DNA of 64,000 nt, from assembly GCF_009914755.1 (NCBI RefSeq), contig NC_060930.1, one strand, 5' to 3'. The position numbers and the translations under genes were made by a program. Shown here piece after piece: positions 12,700 to 26,800 of this stretch (positions are counted from its first letter, which is position 1; every line of letters starts with the position of its first letter). The notes under the pieces were generated by a model. The model was not told where the DNA came from. It searched no databases and saw nothing but the letters and a program-made list of their open reading frames with translations. This DNA comes from the human T2T-CHM13v2.0 reference genome, Homo sapiens.

Positions 12700-14402
12700 T
12701 CTTTGAAGCCACCTCCACCTGTATCTATCCCATCCTCTTTATCCTCTCAACTCTGCTAAAACTGAAGAAGCATTTCTGCTCCTTTTTAAAGCTAAACCTT
12801 TTACTCATCTTCTTTCCCATACTACCTCTCAATGTCAAGGATTGTGCGTCTGCAATTGTGCCCTCTCTACAGGATCATTCCTATCAATGAAGAGGTGCTA
12901 ATGAAGCTGATGCTTGATTCCATGTTCTGTTGCATCTGCAACCCAATTTCTCCACTCCAATTTTCCAATAATTTTTTGAAGAGTAATCTTTAACCTAGAA
13001 TGCTATCACCACTTCTTTCCGACCATTTCCTTTTGAACCCACACTAGTTAGGTTTTCATCCCCACCACTCCACTGAAACAGCTTTTGTCAAGCTCACCAA
13101 TGACATTCACCTTCCCAAATCCATCAGCCAAGTTTCTTATTTCTTCTTTTGCACATCTCCTCCCACCATCAGCCAATTTTCTGTCGTACTGGTCCTTAAC
13201 CTCACAGTAGTGTTTGACATAACCAACCATTCCTTCCCTCCTAAAAACTCTCTTTTCTTACTTGCTTTTCCATAGTGATCTATTTTCCTGGTTTGCTTAC
13301 TACCTCGCTGGCTGTCTCCTGTCAGTCTCCTTTGTTGAATAATCTGCTTCCTCTTCCTGATCTCTAAATGTTGGAATACACAGGGCAGCACATGTTATCT
13401 ACACTCTCTCCTTAGGTGATTTCATCTAGACTTCAATTAGCCTGGCTTCCACATTCATATATTCACCTTCCTACTTGACAATTCTATTTGGATATCTAAA
13501 AATCATTTCAAATTTACATGTCCAAAACTGAAATCATTACCGTCCCTTTTCCACCTCAACTCTTTCCTATGTTTCTGATCTCATTAAATGGTAAATCCAT
13601 CCACTAAATTACTCATGACTCAAATCTAAAGATTGTCCTGGATTCCTTCTTCCTACATCTCTCATCCAAACCATCTGTAAAACAAGACACTTTAATCTCC
13701 ATACTATATTCCAGATCTGACCATTTCTTACTGTCCACAGTGCTACTGGTCTAGTCAAAGTCATGTGAGTCTAGTCCACATCCATGTTTCCTCTGTAGAA
13801 CTTCTGCAATAACCTCCTGATATTCCACTTTCATCCTTGCTTCACGTCAGTTTTTCACATGACAGTGAGAAAAAGCAACTTAAAACAGAAATCAGACCAG
13901 CACTGCTCTCCTGCTTAATATACTTCAATGGTCTCCTATGGCCGTCAGAGTCCTTAACCAGGCCTGCAAACTTATACAAGGTCTAGTCCTTCTGTCTACT
14001 TCTGTATCCTTACATCACTCTTCCTCTCAAAATCTCCTTTTTCAGGCAAACTAGCCTTCTTCTGTGCCTTCAACATATAAGATTTTTGCCAACAGCCTTA
14101 GTACTTGCTGCACTAATTAGAACTTCACAAAAGTGGTTCCTTCTCTTCTTCCTGTTCTCAGCACAAATGTCACCTTCTCAAAAATGGCTCCCTGACAATT
14201 TTCTATTAAAGTGAGCCCAGTCACTCTATCCTATTACTATGCTTTATTTTCTTCACAGACCTTGTTACTACTGGAAATAATCTTACATTTATTGTCTTAC
14301 TTATCCTAGTAAATATAAGACCCGTGAGACAGAACTCTTGTCTGTTTAGTTCACCATAGTAAACACACCACCCACCATTCATTATTTGTGAAATGAATGA
14401 TT
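12700..14402 (+). mobile_element. L2 (L2a-like) remnant
   Basis: ccccaccactccactgaaacagcttttgtcaagctcaccaatgac (L2 RT region); ends tatttgtgaaatgaatga. Confidence 0.8.
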
Positions 14403-15917
14403 ATAATGTTATTTCAAATAGAATATTAAGTTCCATTTTATAAAATTTTCCTTTTTGTTTTAAAGAAAATATTAAATCTTCCCTCTTTTAAAATAATTGC
14501 ATAAGAATTACTTAAATCTCTAGAATTCCTGAGAGAGAAAAGTTAGCAAATCAAAAAGTTTTCCTCAGAGTCACTGCCATTGCAAAGCTGAAATATTTTT
14601 TTCTAGGTTAATTTTAAATAACTGAGAACCTAATAAGGTTTCAAACAAAAGGAATTTCACCTGCAGTTACAACAGTAATTTCTGACTAATGTAATGTAGA
14701 CATAATACTATTGAATGAATATAATTATTCTTTTTCTTAAAAGGAAAAAAGTGATCTTAGATTAACAGGACACTGAAGATTTATAGTCCATGTGTAGTTC
14801 TGCAACTAATTTAAACCAAGAATCAATCAGTTAACAGTTGTTCGTTGCAGGAGGAGGGGGGAGCGAGGGAGTGAGGGGTACTTGTATGTATCCCATTAGT
14901 TCCCTCTCGATGCTAATCAAAGAATTAACTAGATAAAAGCAAAAAAGGAAAATTATAAGCCTTGTGCACAATTTCAATTCCTAAAGAACTGTTTATTTCC
15001 TAAAGCTGGCTAAACATGCTACTACAGCAATTAATAGGAAGCTACCAAATCTAATACTTGACATTGTTCATCCAAAAGTAAACTCTCCTTTAAAAAAAAA
15101 AAAGTAAAAAGTCCCAAACAGTAAAAATTACACATAACAGGTCAAAAAAAAAAAGAAGATAACCTAAAGATCCTCGAGTGCCAGAAGTTTCTTTTATCTC
15201 TGATTACAAATGAATCAGAAAACAAATCTAAGCTGTAGAGTCCATTGTATATAAATATCATAATGATATCTAATTCGTCTGACTCTAAGAAACCATCTTA
15301 GTTTTAAGAAAAAAAACTGTAAAATCAACAAACCGTTAATTTCCTGACATATCCCTGTGCTCAGCTTCTTTAGATAAAACATTGCTGACTGGCTACCTTT
15401 GCTACCAGCAAAAGAGTTCACAAAACAGACAACTAGGCAAATAAAATGTAAATAAACTTCAGTGAGAAAGATATAAATAAGGACATTTCTCCTCCCCGCA
15501 AAAAAGATGAGATAAAAGTAAAAACCATATTGCTACATTTGGTTTTTCTCCTTTGTGGAAGAGGAGCAGTTACACTGTAACTGCTCCTCTTCCACAAAGG
15601 AGAAATGAAGTAAAGTGTTCCACTTCTTCTAATAACATGTCCCCACGTATTTATAAGCATTTTCCTTATTATACTACTTATCTACATAATCTTGCTTAAA
15701 AATCAAACTATTTTTATTTAAAAATAAAACAAAAAATAAAGTTTGGATTTAAAGTATGATCAAATATGATCAATCAGATCACAGTAAATGCTACATTTGA
15801 AATGTAAGACATAATCAGCTTATTTTAAACATTTTAAACAATGGATCAAATTAAAACATCTTAAGTACAGTACATATTCCCAAAGTTTAGTCAGTCAAAT
15901 GAAAACATCCTAAGATG

Positions 15918-17450
15918 TTCATTCATTCATTTATTCATTTATAAGACATTTACTGAACACCTATGAAATGTCAGGCGCTAGATTATAGATGGAGCTGAAG
16001 ATACAAAAATGAGTAAAATACAACTGATCCTTTACCGTTAAGTAATTCCCAACCAAGAGGAAAAAAAAATAATGCGACAGTCTATAAGTACTAATGATAA
16101 AAGGAAGCAGAGAAAGCTTAGTAAACTCAGAACTAAGATTAGAGGACAGAGGGAGTTTGAGAAGGTTTCTAGAGGAGATAATGCCTAAATTGAGTCTTAC
16201 GGTATTAGCAGAGGTTAAGCACAATTATAATTTCATGGATGTGTGTGTTTGAAAAGTGGGGGGGTAAATGAGGTTAGAAAAAGAAGACAGTGAAGTACGA
16301 CCCTGTCTCAATAAGAGGATGCAGCATTTGCAAAAGTAAAAGGCATTAGATAAGCATGGCATATCACCAAACTGCAAATACTTTACAACTGTGCTGTCCA
16401 ATACAGTGGCTCCTGAGCACCTCAAATGTAGCTATTCAGAATTGGCATATGCGGCAAGTGTAAAATACATGTGGAATTTTGAAAACTTAGTACATAAAAC
16501 AGACCATAAAATAGCTCTTCTATAATCTTTCTTACATTGACATATGCTAAAATAATATTCTGGATATATGTGACTTAAAAATACATTAAAATTTCACCTG
16601 TATTTTATTGTGTGTCTACTGAAAAAAATGGATATAGCTCACATTCTATTTCAAATGGACAATGCTAGTTTAAAAGGATGGCACTGGCTGGGGAGTAGTG
16701 CTAAAGTAATAATAAGTGGGACTGGATCGGGTGGAAGATAATATCACAAGAAGAATCTCTATGTCATTAATAAGTTGGTTGGAAACCAAGGCTCTTCAGT
16801 AGGGTTAATATTATCAGATCTGACATTTGCAAGGATCCATCTCCAATCTAAGAATTGGAGGGCAGGAAAGCTGGAGGAAGAATATCAATTGGTCTCGATA
16901 ATCACTGACAGACAGTGTTTTGAAAGTAGTATAACTAGAGATACAGAGTACGGAACTGATTCCAGAAATGTTTTTCAAGTAAGATAAACTACACTTGGTG
17001 ACAGATTAAATATGAAGTCTGAGAATAGAGAAGAACTTGAGTAAATTCCAAAGTTTTGGGCTTGCAAAATTAGGAGAATGTGGTATTCAAGCAGGACAGC
17101 TTTGGCAGGGAAAGGTGATGGGTTCAATATTGGACATACTGAGTTTGGGATGCCTATGGATAGGAAATTTATGTGGAAATACCAAAAATTAGCTACAAAA
17201 GTTTGACAGTAACTCAAAAGTTCCAGATCAGAAATAAAAAATTGGGAGAGTGTTAATAAAACACAAATAGTGTAAGCCAAAGGAGAGGAAGAACACAGCC
17301 AAGAACACAGAGTAAAAAATAGAAGACGGAAGACTGAAGACTGGATTATTGGGAAAAACAATAATGAAATATGGTGGGCCGAGGAAGAAGATCCCACAAA
17401 GGAGTTGAAGAATGACAGGCAGATGAAGAACCCAAGAGAAGGGTAGCATC
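15918..17450 (-). mobile_element. L2 remnant, antisense, interrupted by MER33
   Basis: Starts ttcattcattcatttattcatt...catttactgaacacctatg (reverse L2 tail); purine-rich body. Confidence 0.75.
16389..16668. mobile_element. MER33 (hAT-Charlie)
   Basis: ctgtgctgtccaatacagtggc...aagtgtaaaatacat...tggacaatgctag. Confidence 0.75.
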
Positions 17451-18559
17451 TTTATTTAATGGGCTTCCATTGTGTCCTACAGAATTATAGTTCCACAATA
17501 TGTGTAACGGAAGAGATGTGACTCACAAAAGAAGAAAAATCTCTTTTCCAAAGTCACAAACTACTTTTTGATATTTAAAATGATACTTTGTCAACTTAGA
17601 GAATCAAAACAAACTATTATTTCCTATAACTTATTTGGATAAACATACTAGCTAACATGGGAAATCACAAAGTGAAATATTTAAAATGGTAATATAGAAT
17701 TTAAATGTGGAACAACTGGAAAAAAACATAGATTAAAATAACCATGCAAAAGAAAGAGGGAATGAGTAAAGAACTGGAAACATCGGTTTTACCATTCTAA
17801 AACACATATAGCCACTCCCTCTGCCAAAAACTAAATGATGACTTCTGATTGCAAAGATATCTCTAATGCAAGTTCTTAACGTGAAGATAAAGGAGGGGAA
17901 TAAATATGTATGTGCCCAAGTATACTTTCCAAAGAACAAAGTGAACAAAAAAGGGGTTTATATCAGATGAACTGGACCAGGGCTCTTCACTGTTAAACAC
18001 TATCCCACGGTCTATCTAACGTAAACATCACGTATCTGAGTACCGACTCCAACTCGAGTATGCCAAAAAGGCACTTTCTTTTTTCTTTTATTTCTAACCA
18101 TCTTTACTCCTCTCATCCCATCCCTGAAGGATGTATAGAAGTATCACAGCCTGGACAAGTACGGCTTTCCACTCTAACCACAGTTTTAATAATAACACAT
18201 CTATTATTATCCGAGAGCTACCAAAGCCTCCTTTTCCGTCTTGGCCCTTGGCCCTGCCCCTCCTCTCTAGTCTTGAGTCTCCACGGGCCTCCGGGGTTTT
18301 TGTTTTGTTTGTTTTAATAACAACCACTTCTCTAGATCCGCTTGCTCCCTTTCTTCTCTTCTCGGTCCCAGGAAGTAAATACCCTTTCCCAGCTCCTCTC
18401 CTCCTAACTTCCCAGTCCCCCCAGTGCCGGTCAACCTCCCTTCCTCGGGACCCTCTCAGAAGCCGAGCTCTTTACTCATTTTCCTAGGTCTTCCTTCTCC
18501 TCGCGGTCCCTACATCCTCCCCCATCCCTAATCCCTTCATCTTCCCTGCTTTAAGAACC

Positions 18560-19260
18560 ACCCGCAGGCCCCCATCCACGAACGCCCCTTCACTAGCTAC
18601 CAGACGCTTCAACCCAGCCTCACCTCGCACCTCCACCTCCCCCGCCGTCTCCACGCCCACTTCAAAGCCCACCTCCAACCCGCAGGCTCTTCAGCAGAGC
18701 CGATGCGGCGTCCCGCCTCCTTGCCTTCCCTCTTAGGACCAAACTCCCAGCTGGGGCCTCGGCGTCTGACCGCCAAAGAGCGGGTGCCTGGTTCCTGCGG
18801 AGGCTGCCGGGCGGGTGCCGAGGTTGCCGAGATGCGGGAGGTTTGAACACAAGGATGGGACAGAGGCGAGGATCGGGGCTCCTGGGTGGCAGCGGCGGTA
18901 ACCTGGGCTCCAGGGTAACGGAGGCGGAGGCCTAGACTGCACTACGAAGAGACCGCAGCCAATCATGATGACTCTACCCGAGCTCCCATTGGCTTCTGTC
19001 TCCAGACGGCCCTTTTTATTGGCTTCAGTGGAACTGGAAGGCGGGACGGCGAGTGCGGGAGAAGGTCTCCATTGGCCGACCGCTCTAGCTGTAGCGGAGA
19101 CCCCCAAGTAGGGAAATTGGGGCAAAACGCGGAGCGCTCCAGGCTCCTACGGGCTGTGCGGTGCCAGGGCTCGACTGCTGAGCGTCGTGGGCTCCGAGAG
19201 GGACGCGGGCGGAGGGCAAAGTGGGTTCATGATATGAATTGTAAAATTGGCGACTGCGTA
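18560..19260. promoter_or_regulatory. LCA5: CpG island / LCA5 promoter, probably bidirectional
   Basis: Only non-repeat CpG-dense segment in the window. CCAAT at 18959-18963; ATTGG at 18988, 19018, 19071 and 19246; GC boxes; RFX-like half-sites; no clear TATA. Confidence 0.93.
18673..18940 (-). other. LCA5: LCA5 non-coding exon 1 (approximate)
   Basis: Lies just downstream of the CCAAT cluster on the minus strand. Candidate donors GAG|GTGGGC (after 18673) and GAG|GTGAGG (after 18624). TSS is inferred. Confidence 0.6.
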
Positions 19261-19392
19261 ATGTAAAACACTTAACAATTGCTTAGATTTCCTTTGGGAA
19301 ATAACTTGCTTTTAAATTGTAAACAAATTACAAACAAACTGCTAGTGCTTCTGGATCTTCTTACCGAAATGGCTGATTCAGGAGGATGCGGG
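19140..19392 (+). other. Candidate first exon of a divergent plus-strand transcript
   Basis: Strong donor GGG|GTGAGT at 19393 just past the CpG island edge. The start coordinate is a guess. Confidence 0.5.
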
Positions 19393-20269
19393 GTGAGTGC
19401 ACTATTGTTCCTGCCTCGAGATCCTGGCTGTGAATCACCAACGAGCCGTGAGTTTGGCTTGAAAGTGATTTTTAGGTTTTGGAACGGGTTTGGGGTGGAA
19501 TGGCATCTGAAATATTTGCACACAAGTTTTTTTTTTTTTTTTTTTTTTTAAGGAACGTTTTGAGGAGCATGTCAGCCTATTGAGCGCTGATGTGTGACAT
19601 ATTTTCTCTTTTAGAAATGGCATTAATTGCGGGAGACAGGGAAGGTAAAAAAAAATCCTCTTTCGTGAGGGCTTTAAACTGCTCCGAGCCATCTGATTAT
19701 CAAGGTGGTTTAACACTACTCTGGTGTTCTCACTATTGTTAATTTCTCACTGGCCTTTTTACCACCATTCTGTAGAGAATCTAATATTTGAAGGCAAATG
19801 CGTTTAATGAATCTTCTAACCATGAAGATTGGTAATTCCTGCTTCTCGCTCAACCTCGTTTTTCCACCTTTGCACTGTTTCAAAGCTTTCATTTTATCCT
19901 GTCAATACATTTTACTTCAAGTTACAGACTAACCCACCCAAACAATATTGTGATTAAATGTAATTTTCTGTATGCGAAATACATCTGTACAAGATGGCAG
20001 TCATCTGTTAGTGAAAATAAGATGAGTAATCCCTAAATTGCACGGAATTACTTTTCATCAATTCTTTAATCTGTCTCTGCTGACACTGTTAAAATAGCTC
20101 ACTCGTTATTATGGACTCTGTTAGAATTAACATGTAAATGTATGGGTGGATTACTTATAAAGGAAGTTGCTAGGAAGAATCAGAAAACATACCGTATTTA
20201 CGTGGACAAATGTCTGTCACAGGAGCGTCAGATCAGGATTGCTGAAGGAGAGCTGAGAATGAAACCACC

Positions 20270-20480
20270 ATTTATTCAGCACTCAGAATGCTCCAGGCAG
20301 TGTAATCTCATTCCATCTTCATTCATGACTCCAGACAGGTATTGTTATTCATTGTTTATACTTGAGAAAGCAGATTCAGAGAAGTTAAAGTATCTACCAC
20401 AAGGTACGAAAGTAGTAAGTAGTAATGCCAGAGTACAAGCCTAGGTCTGCTTCCAAATTTCGTGGTTTCGGATTTAGTGC
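20270..20480. mobile_element. MIR
   Basis: catttattcagcactc...gagaaagcagattcagagaagttaaagtatctaccacaagg. Confidence 0.7.
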
Positions 20481-21647
20481 CTTCATTGTGTTTCACCTAC
20501 AGGTTAAGAAGTTGTTGGTAAGCAAGAAAATATTTAAGACGCTGGGAGAATCCAAAAAATTGTCTAGTTGTGTGTAACATAGTCTCAGGATTCTTACAGT
20601 GTGCAATTTTATTCACCCCCTCATATTCAAAATAACAGTATCAGTTTGACCTTGAAAAAAGACCAAAAAATGTATAAATTTACAGAAGTAAAAACTAGTT
20701 TATTGAATTACCATTTTAAAAGGTTACCCCAAAATATGAGAAAGCAGTTTTAAAAGTTTTATGACATTACATGGTTTTATATATTATTTTTGATAGGGCT
20801 AGAATTTTCTAAGATACCATTTGACATTTTATTTCAGTACCACACAGGATTCTGCTTTTCAGAAATAAAGGAAACAAAGTTATCAAAACCACATTTATAT
20901 TTCTGCCACTTGAAATTATAGTTAACAGAAATCAGACTCTTGTTTTTAAAGATTTTGTTTATGAAACAAATTCTGCAATGGTCATTAAGCACTTTGGAGT
21001 TTTATTTTTAATATCCTGGGCTTCTTCCATTGATACTGCAATATCTCCAGATTTGCTACATTGCTAACTGAATGTTCATTTTCTGTAGGACTTTGATTGG
21101 CTTCTTTATTGCCATATGGCAATGATGTAGATGTTATAATGTAACTAAAATATTCCTACAAATGCTTACTAGTAGGATTATTCTCATTTTCCTTTGGGGA
21201 AACTAGTGTCGAGTTTGAATGGTTGGTTAGAAGTTTCAAAAAAGTAATAGGTAGATAAATAGACTCTCTAACTGTAGACAGAGAAATTACAATGACCATA
21301 ATTTGTAAAGTGGGGGGACATACTATATATAGTATCTTGGAAAGCACATAAGTATAATTATCCTTAGCTAAAGTTCAGTCATCTATTTCATACCATTCTA
21401 CAAAAGAAGAAAAGCAGTGTCACAATTTTATATAATTTACAGAAATGTGATACATAACAAAAATTCAAAAATTTTTTCTCTAACTTCTTGATCTCATGTT
21501 GCTTGGAAATTTTAAATTTATTAATAGATTCTAGGTAAATAGTTGGTTTTAGCATATAACACTAAATTTGAAACAGTATCTAATATGCTGCATGTTTAAG
21601 AGAAATCGAATGGATTGGTTGAGTTGGGTGTAAAGAACAGTATAATT

Positions 21648-22016
<369 letters not shown>

Positions 22017-22179
22017 CTAATCTGATTGCTATGAATACTTGATTTTGCAGTACAAAAAGCTAGTAGCCTTTGATTATTGCTCTGTTTAAAGGATACAGTT
22101 TCTGATCACTTGATGAAATGTACGAGTTTTTTTTTGTTAATGGAGAAAGAAAACTTGAGATGTTTGTAAAAATGTGTAT

Positions 22180-22840
<661 letters not shown>

Positions 22841-22844
22841 GGCT

Positions 22845-23310
22845 TAAAAAAAAAGAATGCATTGGTTTGTATAACAGAAAAATCTAGTAGACCTAGCTCC
22901 ACGTATGGTTGGATCCAAGTGCTCAATGTTATTAAAATTTTTTCTTCTCTTTGTCTCTTGGATGTACTTTTCTACGTGTTGGTCTTATTTAAGGCAGGCT
23001 TTCCCTTCCAGGTATGGCCACCAGTGCTCCAGATTTACATTCTATTTACCTCACAACCCCAGTGGAAAAAGAATATCTCTTTCCTGATTGGTCCAGCAGA
23101 AATCTTGGTATTAACTCTGACTGCCCACACTTGAATATGAACTATTAGTAAGTACTGTGGCCAAGAGTTTGCTTCGGGAAAGAATATGATAAAGTCACCT
23201 TATCTTTCATGTTTGCTCAGAATAGTGAGGTGATTCTCCACAGGAAAACTGGAATGCTGTTACTAGAAGAAGAAATACTGGACAAAGCTAATAGATGTCC
23301 CCAAAAGTGA
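22845..23310. mobile_element. MLT1-type (ERVL-MaLR) LTR remnant
   Basis: tggcttaaa...tatggttggatccaagtgctcaatg...ctctgactgccc...ggaatgctgttactagaagaag. Confidence 0.55.
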
Positions 23311-23743
23311 TGATAATAATTTTATTCAAATAGGTTCATAGATCAGTCTGGTGGGCTTGTTTTCACATTTTATTTAAGAAAAACTCTTGTAATTACAAGT
23401 TCCCCAGTCTGTAAATACAGATGAGATTAACCAAATTTTGTTATTTTTTGACTGCCTCTGCTTTATAGCACCCCTCCCCTCCAAAGACTTCCCCACCAAT
23501 AATTTCTGGGACTTCCTAGAGAGTGTCTCATACTTACAAACATACCTGCCTCTACTGGTCATCCCACTAGGCAAGATACCAGGACCACTGCTCTGCCAGG
23601 CAACAGTCTATCCCTCTTCTCTCCAGGACCCAGCAACTTCTGCTGGTGGCCATCATGAAGTCACTGAGTACCACCACTTACACCAGTGCCAGAGTTGAAC
23701 TGGAATTGTGCCAGTTATATGCCTTTTGTTTCTCAGATCCTAG

Positions 23744-24091
<348 letters not shown>

Positions 24092-24589
24092 TAGGACTCA
24101 ACAAACTGCATTTCCCAGACACCCTTGCTAGTTGGCTTATCGGTAGGTTCTGCCAAAATGGGGCATTTAGGGAGAGGTTGGAAGGTGGGAGTTAGGGAGA
24201 AGTTCCTTCTCAATGTCTCTGTTCCTGTCAGGCAACAATTGGCTCTAGTCTAATGTGTCTTTTCCTCACTGAATATAAATGAGTAGACTGAATGAATGTG
24301 CTTGTTATTTTGTTTGCAACCTACACTATTACTTTATCTCCTCCCTCTCCTCCCACCCCGCAAAACCATATAAACAACAGCAAAAGAAAAAAATCCTCCA
24401 CAAAACTTCTTACCATCTTACAGAGAACAGCTAACAGTTGGTGACCACACAAGAATTAAAATGTGTTGAAGTATGGTCTTATATTTGCCTGGCACTCTAC
24501 AGAGTACTTTCATGAAGATGACCTCATGATCTTAAACAACTCTGAGAAATGGAATATAGATGAGGAAGCTGACCCTGAGGATAAATCAG

Positions 24590-24889
24590 ATTTGTCTAAT
24601 AGAAATAGAATGTGAACCACCCACTTAATTTTAGATTTTCTAGTAGTCATGTTAAAATAAGTTTTTAAAAAGTAAAATTAGTTTTATTTAATATTTAATA
24701 TCCAAATTATTTCAACTTGCAATCAATATTTTAAAGTTATCGATGAGATATTTCACCTTTTTTTGTACTAACATTTTGACACCTAGTATATATTTTGCAG
24801 TTACAACACATTTCATTTCAGGCCAGCTACATTTCAAGTACTCAGTAGTCACATGCAGGTTGTAGCTAACCTATTGGACAACACAGGAT
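24590..24889. mobile_element. MER33
   Basis: gtctaatagaaatagaatg...ttttctagtagtcat...catttcaagtactcagtagtcacatg...tattggacaacacag. Confidence 0.75.
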
Positions 24890-25554
24890 TAGATTATTTA
24901 CCCAGAGGTATATAATAGAAAGTAATGGTCCCAGGTAGCCAGCTTCCAAAAAGGAAAATATTGCTGGTCTGGAAACCCAGAGACCTTAATTCCATACATG
25001 GCTCTGCCTCTTACTAGTTGTGAAATACAGGATAAGGCATTCTTTTTTAAAGCTTGGTTTCTGGATTTGTTAAATGGCATCAATCAGTTGTCTTTAATCC
25101 CCCACCCACTTCCTGCAGCAGAACCCTTTCTCAAGTAAAATCTTATATGGAAACCCCATATTAAAAACAGAAGCATATTTAAAACATAGGAACTGTCTCT
25201 CTGTTGAAGGAGAGGAGCCTCCAACAAACACTTCGAGTACTCTACAGACATCAGTATATTGGTGTTTGATTCACATTTTTAGTTTCATAGAATCATCAGT
25301 TATTTATAAATATAAGAGGGCCTTTAAGATCAATTATTCAAGTTGTCTTCTTATGTTATTTTTTCCTTACTAAGGCACTCTTCTTTTCTAACAGAACCTT
25401 TTAAAGAAATATAAAACAAGATATGGTAGTTAAAATCAGAATTGCCCTGCACAGTTGAAGTGGTTATGAGGAATTAGAACCCTAACAACTCAGCATCTCT
25501 CAAATACCATCTTCCATAAGTGGCCCCCAAGAATCCTCTTTCAAACTACCCTGC

Positions 25555-25742
25555 AGGGGATAGAATACAGTCATGGGTTCTCAGTTCCTGTTTCTGGTTG
25601 GGCCAATAAAGCCCCTTCCTCATCCCTCTTTTCTGTCTAACACTAGAGACAGAAATTAAAAACCATGGCTTTTCAGGCTGCTAAAAGCCTAAAACAAAAC
25701 AGAACAACAACAACAACAAAATCAAGCGGGTTGGACAGGCTT
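25555..25742. mobile_element. hAT-Charlie element end (Charlie4/MER30B-like)
   Basis: aaccatggcttttcaggctgctaaaagcctaaaacaaaac...gcgggttggacaggctt; terminus resembles the MER30 TIR. Confidence 0.6.
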
Positions 25743-25885
25743 ACATCTAGAGCAAGCCAATGGAGTTTTAACAACCAAAGATTAAGCTCAGCTCCAACCC
25801 TTCATCAGATAAGGAAACTGAGTCCCAGTGAGGTGCTTAAAAAATCCCACCCCAAGCTGGTGTCAGAGCTGGAATAGAGCCTAAT

Positions 25886-26083
25886 CACTGCTGTGCTGGA
25901 GCCAGCTGGTACTAGCTTGCAAAAGCCAATTGTTACATTTTCAGAAATTTTGCAAGCCAATTGATGTCACCCTGGTAGCTCAAAATCAACCACGGTGAAA
26001 ATATTTACACCACAGAAACCAGCAAATGCTACAAATCATAGCTTCCCCAGAGCCACTGGTTAAACCTTTACCAGCACACCTCC
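25886..26083. mobile_element. MER63A-like (hAT-Blackjack)
   Basis: TIRs tgtgctggagccagc ... tttaccagcacacc; atatttacaccacagaaa. Confidence 0.75.
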
Positions 26084-26539
26084 AAATCCAGCATTCCTGT
26101 CTGGATCTTTATGTTCTACCCAGCAACCGAGAATAGATGTGCTGCATTTTGATAAGAAACAAAAATTTTAGTTAGTAAAAATCAAAAATAAACCAAAATA
26201 GAAATTGTGTCTCTTCATGAGTAACAACACCTAAAATAGCAATTTTTCTCAATATTTACCATTTCCTGTTGTGTAGCAGATACTGGTTCCTTTGATTCTT
26301 TAAGTTGTTATTTGGAGTATTCAGCTACTTTAGGGATGATTTTTAACATTACATGAGCCAGGCAAGTAAATGTCTAAAACATTACTTTTAAATGTTTAAA
26401 CTTTTAAATGTTTTTAATTATTTAAAATTAAAGCCCAAGTATAAAATAAGGAGAAAACAGAAGAAGCTACAGAAACTACTGCTTGAGTAGCAACTGATCT
26501 GATGCAGTGTCTCGGTCTCCCTCTAGTTCTATTTCTGGC

Positions 26540-26800
26540 TAGGAAGGGTATTGAAAGGTCAATGTAAACAAATGCTGAAGTCGTCAAGCTTCTCAGCTGG
26601 CCTCATGTCTCCCTGTATTTAATCTTCCCAACTGAACTTCTGACTCATCATCTTAACAATGACCTGTTTCCCTTTGAGAGTTCCTCCCCTTCTCTGGCCG
26701 CTTTTCTTTTCGTCCTTTGTGGCGCTGATGCAGCTCCCCTGCAGGCCTGTTTGGGCATGCTTGTGATGTCAGATGCCCGTACTTCAGCTGTCCTTTTGTA
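26540..26800. promoter_or_regulatory. Candidate enhancer: FOX, AP-1 and p53-family motifs
   Basis: AGGTCA 26556-26561; TGTAAACA 26563-26570; TGACTCA 26641-26647; AGGCCTGTTT-GGGCATGCTT 26743-26762, in apparently non-repeat DNA. Confidence 0.4.

Noticed and set aside
18060-19266. 60-130 aa ORFs around the CpG island
   Set aside because: Expected from stop-poor GC-rich DNA; several have non-ATG starts and none shows homology.
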